Assembly: GCA_964480435.1 (NCBI GenBank)
Contig: CAYZSS010000025.1
Location: forward strand, 1 to 12,453
Source: an uncultured archaeon
GTDB lineage: Archaea > Iainarchaeota > Iainarchaeia > Iainarchaeales > 0-14-0-20-30-16
DNA: 12,453 bases
Direction: 5' to 3'
Each line of letters starts with the position of its first letter. Position 1 is the stretch's first letter. The position numbers and the translations under genes are program-made. Of the stretch, positions 1 to 5,774 are shown one piece after another. The notes beneath the pieces were generated by a model. That model was not told the DNA's origin and made no database searches. It saw only the letters and a program-made list of their open reading frames with translations.

Positions 1-1037
1 TCATCAAATTCAATTAAAGGATTTGATATCCCTTCCATGCTTGTTTTCTTCAATTCTTTTATTACATCTTCATGACTTAAGGAATTCGCATTTTCCATTG
101 CAGATAATAAGACTTTTGCAGCATCATAACCAAAAGGAGCAGCTACATTTACTAAAAAATCATTGCCTTTTTGAGCCATAATTTTTGTTTTAAAATCATT
201 AGGCAAATTAAACTTTGGAGAAGTAAACATCACACCTTCCCCCAATCCACTTTTTAATGAATCTTCAGAAAGAGTTGCATCCCCACCAACAATTGGAACG
301 TTTAAATTTATTTCTTCTTTTGTTTTCAAAATAGAAAGCAAGTTCTTTGGGTACACAGGCAAATAAAGTAATTCTGGGTTAGTATTTTTTACTTTAATCA
401 ATAAATCTTTAACATCCAATTGGTCTTGTAGTACAGAATCTTTTGATTCAATTACACCCCCAAGTTTTGTGTACTCCGCAGAAAATTTATTTGTAATTTC
501 TTGACCCCAGTTATTATTAACGTAAATTATTGATACTTTTTTCTTGCCTAATTTATTGTAAATATAATCCGCAGCATAAACTCCTTGAAAAGCATCAGAA
601 GGATAAACTCTGAAAATATTATTTCCTAATGCTGTTAATCCTGGACTAGACGCCGTAGCAATAACATTTGGAATATTTTGTGTAACACCCATTGGCAACC
701 CAGATCCAGCCTCAGCAGAACAAACTGGCCCCAACATCCCAACCAAATCATAATTATTTAATAGAGCATTATACGCTTTTGCCCCACCTTCCGAAGTGCA
801 CAGCCCATCTTCAACAATAAGTTCTATTTTTTTCCCATTTATTCCACCTTTTGCATTAAATTCATCTATAGCAAGTTGCACACCCGCAACTGTGTTATAG
901 CCCCAGGTAGCAGTATCTCCACTCAAAGGAGCAACTAAGCCAATCTTCAGAGCACCATTAGCCCCATTAATAGAAAATACAATTATTATTGCCAAAACAA
1001 TCACAGCAAGTATTCCAAAAAACAAATAAGATTTCAT
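1..1037 (-). CDS. ABC transporter substrate-binding protein, Leu/Ile/Val-binding (LivJ/LivK-like, type 1 periplasmic-binding fold); the 3' end runs off the window
   Basis: The reverse frame is open from the ATG at 1037-1035 to the window edge. It is absent from the ORF track because it has no in-window stop. GGAGG (complement of 1045-1049) lies 7 nt upstream of the ATG. My own translation begins MKSYLFFGILAVIVLAIIIVFSINGANGALKIGLVAPLSGDTATWGYNTVAGVQLAIDEFNAKGGINGKKIELIVEDG. That is a hydrophobic anchor followed by the KIG..PLSG..G and INGKKIEL..ED pattern typical of branched-chain amino acid binding proteins. Confidence 0.8.
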   Translation of the reverse strand, partial: MKSYLFFGILAVIVLAIIIVFSINGANGALKIGLVAPLSGDTATWGYNTVAGVQLAIDEFNAKGGINGKKIELIVEDGLCTSEGGAKAYNALLNNYDLVGMLGPVCSAEAGSGLPMGVTQNIPNVIATASSPGLTALGNNIFRVYPSDAFQGVYAADYIYNKLGKKKVSIIYVNNNWGQEITNKFSAEYTKLGGVIESKDSVLQDQLDVKDLLIKVKNTNPELLYLPVYPKNLLSILKTKEEINLNVPIVGGDATLSEDSLKSGLGEGVMFTSPKFNLPNDFKTKIMAQKGNDFLVNVAAPFGYDAAKVLLSAMENANSLSHEDVIKELKKTSMEGISNPLIEFD

Positions 1038-1060
1038 TTTATTTCCTCCAGCAAGATCTT

Positions 1061-1072
1061 TTGTATATACAA
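1061..1072. promoter_or_regulatory. Perfect 12-bp palindrome TTGTATATACAA in the divergent SBP/Lrp intergenic region; candidate operator and/or TATA element
   Basis: TTGTATATACAA is its own reverse complement. The half-sites recur as TTGTAT at 1104-1109 and ATACAA at 1152-1157, bracketing the TATA box at 1131-1140. Confidence 0.35.
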
Positions 1073-1130
1073 CCTTGGTTTTTATGAGAATATATTATGT
1101 TTTTTGTATTCTTGGAATAAAACAGAAATA

Positions 1131-1140
1131 TTTAAATATA
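1131..1140 (+). promoter_or_regulatory. Archaeal TATA box (TTTAAATATA) for the Lrp/AsnC gene
   Basis: It matches the TTTAWATA consensus and is centred about 27 nt upstream of the ATG at 1162. This spacing suggests a leaderless or near-leaderless mRNA. Confidence 0.5.
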
Positions 1141-1161
1141 TTTTCAGTATTATACAAATAT

Positions 1162-2124
1162 ATGCTTAATTTAGACAAATTTGACAAAAAACTTCTATAT
1201 GAATTAGATTTAAATGCCCGCCAGACCAATAAACAGTTAGCCAGAAAAGTAAAGTTGTCTGAGCAGGCCATCGCATACAGGATTGAAAAATTACAAAAAA
1301 ATGGAGTCATAGAAGAATTCGTTTTAATGGTTAACCCTGGAAAACTTGGATACACCCATTACAAAATATACCTTAGATTACAAAACATTCCAACAGAAGA
1401 AGAAAAACTATTTCTTGATTTCTTAAAAAAAGAAGATGGGGTTTTTTGGGTTGTATCCGCACGCGGAAACTATGACTACATCATCTCTTTTTCTTCCAAA
1501 ACATTAAATGATTACAAAATATTTTATTATAACTTAAAAAATAAATTTGGGCAATATATTTATTCAGAAGATTTAGTTTTGCCTATAAAAGCACCATTAT
1601 TTAATCGATCTTATTTTGTAGAAAATTCCAAAAAATTAGAAGTAATATACGGGGGAAAACAAGTTATTGAAGAAATAGATAACAAAGACAAAAAGATTAT
1701 TAGTGCTTTAGCACACAACGCAAGACTAAGCTATTTAGAAGTAGGCAAAAAGACAAAAATAAAACCAGACACAGTAAGAAATCACTACAAAAAATTAGTT
1801 GCAAATGGAGTAATAATAGGGACACGATTAAAACTGAATGTAAAAAAAATTGATAGAAATTATAACATTATTTTTTTTACACTACAAAACTTTAATGAAA
1901 AAAATCTAAGAGATATGGAAGTTTTCGCACAAGGTCACGCACCAATAATTTACTATATTAATTGTATTGGAAGCCACAACGTAGAACTTGAGATTGAAAC
2001 TATAAATGATGACGAAACAGATTTTATAATAAAAAGTTTTAGAGATTATTTTTTTAAATATATCAAAAATTATTCTGTTCTTACAGTAAAGGAAGAAATA
2101 AAGCTAAAAATCGTGCCGTTCTAG
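1162..2124 (+). CDS. Lrp/AsnC-family transcriptional regulator with two tandem HTH plus ligand-domain modules in one chain
   Basis: The track ORF 1075..2124 starts at TTG and adds a hydrophobic, junk-like 29 aa. The ATG at 1162 follows the TATA box. The N-module is LDKFDKKLLYELDLNARQTNKQLARKVKLSEQAIAYRIEKLQKNGVIEEF. The second module starts near 1675 and reads IDNKDKKIISALAHNARLSYLEVGKKTKIKPDTVRNHYKKLVANGVIIG. Both fit the HTH_AsnC pattern and each is followed by a beta-rich segment. Confidence 0.8.
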   Translation: MLNLDKFDKKLLYELDLNARQTNKQLARKVKLSEQAIAYRIEKLQKNGVIEEFVLMVNPGKLGYTHYKIYLRLQNIPTEEEKLFLDFLKKEDGVFWVVSARGNYDYIISFSSKTLNDYKIFYYNLKNKFGQYIYSEDLVLPIKAPLFNRSYFVENSKKLEVIYGGKQVIEEIDNKDKKIISALAHNARLSYLEVGKKTKIKPDTVRNHYKKLVANGVIIGTRLKLNVKKIDRNYNIIFFTLQNFNEKNLRDMEVFAQGHAPIIYYINCIGSHNVELEIETINDDETDFIIKSFRDYFFKYIKNYSVLTVKEEIKLKIVPF

Positions 2125-2142
2125 AAAAAGAGCTAACTAAAT

Positions 2143-2829
2143 TCAAGTTGTAGGCACATATTCTCTAATTACTACGTGCTTCTCATCAAGCCCCAAAGAC
2201 TGTGCAAAATCAAAATATTTTTCTTTTTCCAAGGTACTTACTTTTGATGAATTAAATCCAGTTACAAAGCTCACATAAGTATCTATTTTTTGTTCCTTAC
2301 ATTCTTTAATAAATAAAATCAAATTATTAAAAGCAGACTTATATTTTGGCCTGCACAAAGTAGTGTAATCTTTTTCAGAAATAGCATTTAGTGAGATACG
2401 TATTTCATCCAGCCCAGAAGCTTTCAATAGTTTTGCTGCATTTTTTTTCTTACATCTTACTAGGCCATTGGTATCTATTCTCACTTTTATTTTATATGTT
2501 TTCTTTATTTCTTTTATTACTTTAATAATTTTGTCAAAATATATTAACGGCTCTCCTAACCCTATGAAAGCAATTTCTTCATCATCTTTTCGTAAATTTT
2601 TTTCAATTTCTGAAATTATCTTTTTTTCTGCAGGAGATTTACTTAAATAAAGAGACTTTTGTGCTTTTTTTTCATAAATATTTTCCTTGCCAAAATCGCT
2701 TTTTAATCTGGGCCTACTACAAAAAGCACAATCATTTACACAAGCATAATTACTTATCACATTCACATACAAAATATTTCCTGAATACACAGGAGTTGTA
2801 AATCTGTAAGTAATATTTTCTTGCTTCAT
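2143..2829 (-). CDS. Small radical SAM protein, possibly of the archaeal TatD-associated radical SAM type
   Basis: It has the CxxxCxxC motif CVNDCAFC, plus FIGLGEPLIYFD and RIDTNGL motifs typical of the radical SAM core. The track start at 2841 is GTG. The ATG at 2829 is preceded by AAGGTG about 9 nt upstream (Shine-Dalgarno-like), so I prefer 2829. The subfamily assignment is from memory of motif style only. Confidence 0.8.
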   Translation of the reverse strand: MKQENITYRFTTPVYSGNILYVNVISNYACVNDCAFCSRPRLKSDFGKENIYEKKAQKSLYLSKSPAEKKIISEIEKNLRKDDEEIAFIGLGEPLIYFDKIIKVIKEIKKTYKIKVRIDTNGLVRCKKKNAAKLLKASGLDEIRISLNAISEKDYTTLCRPKYKSAFNNLILFIKECKEQKIDTYVSFVTGFNSSKVSTLEKEKYFDFAQSLGLDEKHVVIREYVPTT

Positions 2830-2842
2830 ATATATCAGCACC

Positions 2843-3007
2843 TTAAATTAACAAAACATGCAGAATTGTAAATATCAAAGCAAATAATGCAAACACTTTG
2901 TGATATATTGGTTTTATTTTAAGTCTTATTCCAAATACACCTACAAATACAGTTGCAATTAAAAACAAAAGCCCAAGTATTCCAAAAATATTAGTTAATA
3001 AACTCAT
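2843..3007 (-). CDS. Unannotated 54-aa two-transmembrane micropeptide (below the ORF-track length cutoff)
   Basis: Hand translation gives MSLLTNIFGILGLLFLIATVFVGVFGIRLKIKPIYHKVFALFALIFTILHVLLI*. The ATG (3007-3005) overlaps the TGA stop (3006-3004) of the upstream SdpI-like gene as ATGA. GAGGGAT lies about 9 nt upstream. The ORF stops at 2845-2843, just before the radical SAM start. A 54-codon open frame is uncommon in sequence this AT-rich. Confidence 0.5.
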   Translation of the reverse strand: MSLLTNIFGILGLLFLIATVFVGVFGIRLKIKPIYHKVFALFALIFTILHVLLI

Positions 3008-3645
3008 TTTTTTATCCCTCTATAAAGTAAATAAGAATATACAAATAAAATTATTACTACTAATAAAATACCAACCAAAAAAACATAAAATACATATTTA
3101 TCATAAAAGAAACCAAGCAAAGTTATTAGTCCTAAAACATAAAACAAAATTGCAGCCAGTTTATGTGTCTTATTCCAAACCTCGTCATTAGCCAAAGTCC
3201 AGGGCGTCCTTATACCTACAAAATAATTTCTTTTTGCTTTTCTCAAAAGGGGAGCAATAATAATAAATAGCATTCCAATTGCAGGAACTATAGCTTTACT
3301 CATGTTAAAAACAGACCCAAGGTTCCAAAAAATTGTTAATAAATAAATGTAAAACAAAAATAACATTATTCCAAAAATAAAATAGTCGAATTCTTTTTGA
3401 AATTTTTCATAATTTTGTTTTAAGGGGTCCAATTTAGGTAAAAAATAAAGTAATAACACCATTACTAACCCCACCACAGGCATTAAAAATAAACCCCACG
3501 CTTTTGACATAAAACCATTAACCTGTCCTGCCGCATCCCAGTGTGATGCCACCTTATCAGGAAAATGAGCATATAACCCAATAGCAAGCACAAAAGAAGC
3601 AATAACTAAGAATATTGTAAGAATATTAATTAGTTTCAGTTTCAT
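3004..3645 (-). CDS. SdpI/DUF1648-family integral membrane protein
   Basis: The N-terminus is a TM helix followed by HFPDKVASHWDAAGQVNGFMSK, the DUF1648 signature style. Several further TM helices follow, plus a RNYFVGIRTPWTL motif typical of SdpI-like proteins. The ATG is at 3645. Confidence 0.75.
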   Translation of the reverse strand: MKLKLINILTIFLVIASFVLAIGLYAHFPDKVASHWDAAGQVNGFMSKAWGLFLMPVVGLVMVLLLYFLPKLDPLKQNYEKFQKEFDYFIFGIMLFLFYIYLLTIFWNLGSVFNMSKAIVPAIGMLFIIIAPLLRKAKRNYFVGIRTPWTLANDEVWNKTHKLAAILFYVLGLITLLGFFYDKYVFYVFLVGILLVVIILFVYSYLLYRGIKK

Positions 3646-3666
3646 GATAAATATAAGTTAAATAAC

Positions 3667-3674
3667 TTTAAATA
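3667..3674. promoter_or_regulatory. TATA element (TTTAAATA, palindromic TTTAAA core) placed to serve both the tRNA (+) and the SdpI-like operon (-)
   Basis: It is centred about 28 nt upstream of the tRNA 5' end (3699) and about 25 nt upstream of the minus-strand ATG at 3645. Confidence 0.45.
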
Positions 3675-3698
3675 AGTATATACACCCTATTTTATCAA

Positions 3699-3855
3699 GC
3701 AGTAGTAGTCTAGCGGTTAGGATTGGGGCTTCCCATGGGCCTTTTTGTAAAAAACCCCCGGGAAAAAACGCTTCGCGTAATTTCTTAGGGAATATAACAG
3801 ATAAAGTTATGCCCGGAAAGAGCCTCTGACCCGGGTTCAAGTCCCGGCTACTGCA
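3699..3855 (+). tRNA. tRNA-Gly (anticodon CCC) interrupted by an 85-nt intron at the canonical 37/38 position
   Basis: This was folded by hand. The acceptor stem is GCAGTAG/CTACTGC. The D arm is GTCT-AGCGGTTA-GGAT. The anticodon stem is GGGGC/GCCTC, with loop TTCCCA|..|A and anticodon CCC at 3732-3734. The variable region is TGAC. The T arm is CCGGG-TTCAAGT-CCCGG and the discriminator is A3855. No CCA is encoded. Exons are 3699-3735 and 3821-3855, giving a 72-nt mature tRNA. Confidence 0.9.
3736..3820 (+). other. tRNA intron with a canonical hBHBh' splicing motif
   Basis: The central 4-bp helix pairs TTCC (3730-3733) with GGAA (3815-3818). The 3-nt bulges are CA|T (3734-3736) and AG|A (3819-3821), with cleavage after the second bulge nucleotide in each. 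The outer helix pairs GGGC (3737-3740) with GCCC (3811-3814). Internal hairpins include ACGC-ttc-GCGT and ATAAC-agataaa-GTTAT (3794-3810). Confidence 0.85.
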
Positions 3856-3887
3856 TCAGAGAGTATATTCCCTCTAATGTGGTTTAT

Positions 3888-4478
3888 ATGTATTCATATT
3901 TATGGGCTTATCTAAAACACCAGAAAGAACTTTTAGTAGGACATTTAAAAAGTCTATATCTACAAATAGTTTATCCACAAACTTATGAGCAGATGAAAAA
4001 AATAAGAGGCAATTATAAAAAACTTCTAAAAGAAATTAAACAACTATTAAAATCAAACGATTTAGCTTGCGATTATATTTCCAGAGTAAAAACAATCTAT
4101 TCAATTAACCGAAAATATACTTATTGCCAAATAAAAAAAAGAAATTTTAACACTGCGATAACAGATTTCATAGGGGCAAAAATTCTCCCAAAAACTTATA
4201 AAGATTGTCATAAAGCTGCTGAAATTATACTTGCAAATTACAAATTACAAATAGTTGAGGGCATGAAAAACCCAGAAAATTTCTTTGGTCCTCCACAAAA
4301 AATGAGAGATACCGACAGTCAAATAAAAAACCAAATATATATTAAAATATTATATGAAAACTCCCCTGCCCACATTATGATACAACCACAATCAGAGATA
4401 AGTTCTATTTCAAAAGATAGGGCAAAATACATACAATGCATCAATAAAGCCTTAAAAGAATACAAAAGAAAAAATTAA
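3888..4478 (+). CDS. Hypothetical protein with a weak, degenerate RelA/SpoT-like (nucleotidyltransferase-fold) motif pattern
   Basis: This is a long open frame in AT-rich DNA. The track start at 3879 is GTG and the first ATG is 3888. The motif order SRVKTIYSINRKY ... ITDFIGAKIL ... AHIMIQPQ resembles RxKxxxSxxxK ... DxxGxR ... EIQIRT of RSH synthetase domains, but key residues are substituted. The functional call has low confidence. Confidence 0.55.
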   Translation: MYSYLWAYLKHQKELLVGHLKSLYLQIVYPQTYEQMKKIRGNYKKLLKEIKQLLKSNDLACDYISRVKTIYSINRKYTYCQIKKRNFNTAITDFIGAKILPKTYKDCHKAAEIILANYKLQIVEGMKNPENFFGPPQKMRDTDSQIKNQIYIKILYENSPAHIMIQPQSEISSISKDRAKYIQCINKALKEYKRKN

Positions 4479-4484
4479 CTCTTA

Positions 4485-4489
4485 TTTTT
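4485..4489 (+). terminator. Oligo-T tract, a possible archaeal terminator after the 3888..4478 ORF
   Basis: A T5 run lies 7 nt after the stop codon. Archaeal termination commonly uses oligo-T. The evidence is weak in a genome this AT-rich. Confidence 0.25.
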
Positions 4490-4531
4490 CTGATTTAGAT
4501 GTTTTTAAAAATTAATAAAAAAGAGTATACA

Positions 4532-4539
4532 TATTTAAA
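4532..4539 (+). promoter_or_regulatory. TATA box (TATTTAAA) for the lipoprotein gene
   Basis: It is centred about 25 nt upstream of the ATG at 4561. Confidence 0.4.
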
Positions 4540-4560
4540 GTTATATTTAATATTTCTATA

Positions 4561-5712
4561 ATGAATAAAATATTTATCTCTTTGATTCTCTTTTTTGTTG
4601 TATCAGCTATATTTTTATCTGGTTGTGTTTCAACAACAGACGACGACAACAACTTAGGCACCACACAATCAGAGTTAAATAGTGATGGAACAGCAAATAG
4701 CCCAAATAACGGAGGGCCAAGTGAAGTTGATAACGTAATATATATCCCGGGAAATAATAATCCTGCTGAACCAGATCCTAAACCAAAGGACGAAGTAGAT
4801 CCTGCTGATGATAACCCTAGTACTACTCCTCAAATTCTTTTAAATGCCTTGGGTTTAGCACAATTATTAGGTTTGCCAACTGATGATATTGATGCAGCTA
4901 CAAAAGCAAAAATCAAACAATATATTGAACAAATAATAGCTGACCCGAATTCAACAAATGCCATGCTAGTAAATGCTTTAGAGTTAGCACAGGCTTTAGG
5001 TTTAGACTCGGAAGGTATGTTTGCAAAAGAGATTTGGGACAAAATAAAAAGCCGAATTGAAGCCGAATTAAATGACCCATATACTTGTAAAAATAGATTA
5101 AAAGAAATAGCTGAATTACTTTCTCAATTAGGTTGGGATGACTTAGCTGATAAAGCAATGCAAAAAGCAGAAAGTGCTACAGAACTTTGTAGTAGAATTA
5201 AATATGAATATTTATCTGAAGCAAAAGACACTTATTATTTTACAAAAATAGATATTGTTGGTGGCGCATTAAAAAGATATAGTGTTTTAGGCCAAACTTT
5301 AGGTACTAGAAACTATTATTTTGAAGATGGCAAATTTATTTGGTCTTATAAAGTAGTTGTAGACAATGGTTGTGTTATTATAACCAAAGAAGGCAATGGA
5401 ACAGCCACTATGGACTCAGAAAACCACAGTTTATTTGGCTTTGAAGATGCTGAGCAGTATGGCGGATCAGCATTTTTTTCCGTAGAGCTAAATGTAGATA
5501 AAACCCCATCACCTACAAGAAATGAATATTGTGATGAAAACCCTGATCAACAATTAGGAAAAAGTAAAGAATATGAAAATTTACAAGTTCATATTGGTGG
5601 CAATGCTAAAGGACATAGAGCAGTTGGCCAGAAAAACCAAGTTTGGAGCCCGCCACAAGATCAAGAATCTGGTTATGAATATACATATTGGGATTTGAGT
5701 TTTGGAGAATAG
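4561..5712 (+). CDS. Secreted lipoprotein of unknown function, with an N-terminal lipobox, an acidic/Pro/Asn-rich linker, three helical repeats and a beta-rich C-terminal domain
   Basis: The signal peptide MNKIFISLILFFVVSAIFLSGC ends in the lipobox L-S-G-C. A low-complexity DDDNN...PAEPDPKPKDEVDPADDNPSTTP linker follows, then repeats of NAL(G/E)LAQ(L/A)LGL. Confidence 0.8.
   Translation: MNKIFISLILFFVVSAIFLSGCVSTTDDDNNLGTTQSELNSDGTANSPNNGGPSEVDNVIYIPGNNNPAEPDPKPKDEVDPADDNPSTTPQILLNALGLAQLLGLPTDDIDAATKAKIKQYIEQIIADPNSTNAMLVNALELAQALGLDSEGMFAKEIWDKIKSRIEAELNDPYTCKNRLKEIAELLSQLGWDDLADKAMQKAESATELCSRIKYEYLSEAKDTYYFTKIDIVGGALKRYSVLGQTLGTRNYYFEDGKFIWSYKVVVDNGCVIITKEGNGTATMDSENHSLFGFEDAEQYGGSAFFSVELNVDKTPSPTRNEYCDENPDQQLGKSKEYENLQVHIGGNAKGHRAVGQKNQVWSPPQDQESGYEYTYWDLSFGE
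4843..5229 (+). repeat. Three in-frame tandem repeats of 129 nt (43 aa) inside the lipoprotein gene
   Basis: Units start at 4843, 4972 and 5101, an exact 129-nt period. They begin aatgccttgggtttagcacaattattaggtttg, aatgctttagagttagcacaggctttaggttta and aaagaaatagctgaattactttctcaattaggttgg. The third unit is degenerate. Confidence 0.6.
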
Positions 5713-5745
5713 AAAACATAATAAAAATATCACAAAACAATAAGC

Positions 5746-5753
5746 TTTATAAT
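5746..5753 (+). promoter_or_regulatory. TATA box (TTTATAAT) for the OFOR operon
   Basis: It is centred about 25 nt upstream of the ATG at 5775. Confidence 0.4.
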
Positions 5754-5774
5754 TATCTATTTTTATTATAACAT

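Noticed and set aside
1075-1161. N-terminal extensions implied by track starts at 1075 (TTG), 2841 (GTG), 3879 (GTG), 10301 (GTG), 11263 (GTG) and 12192
   Set aside because: Most are non-ATG starts that add non-conserved residues. They overlap TATA boxes or upstream genes. Downstream ATGs with correct TATA or SD spacing fit better.
3736-3820. A box C/D sRNA or homing-endonuclease ORF inside the tRNA intron
   Set aside because: There is no RUGAUGA box C motif and no paired CUGA box D within the intron. At 85 nt it is too short for a protein.
3658-3840. A 60-aa minus-strand ORF from the track
   Set aside because: It lies antisense across tRNA-Gly and its GC-rich intron. It is explained by the RNA gene and has no start context.
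3856-4560. Possible integrated element next to the tRNA-Gly 3' end, since tRNA genes are common integration sites and an orphan ORF follows
   Set aside because: By eye I found no downstream direct repeat of the tRNA 3' segment (GGTTCAAGTCCCGGCTACTGCA). There is no integrase gene either. A computational repeat search would be needed to exclude short att-like repeats.
4499-4561. A 20-codon upstream ORF (MFLKINKKEYTYLKLYLIFL) ending in TAATG, overlapping the lipoprotein start
   Set aside because: It spans the predicted TATA box (4532-4539) of an apparently leaderless gene. It has no SD and consists of AT-rich low-complexity codons. It is most likely fortuitous, though the overlap geometry is noted.
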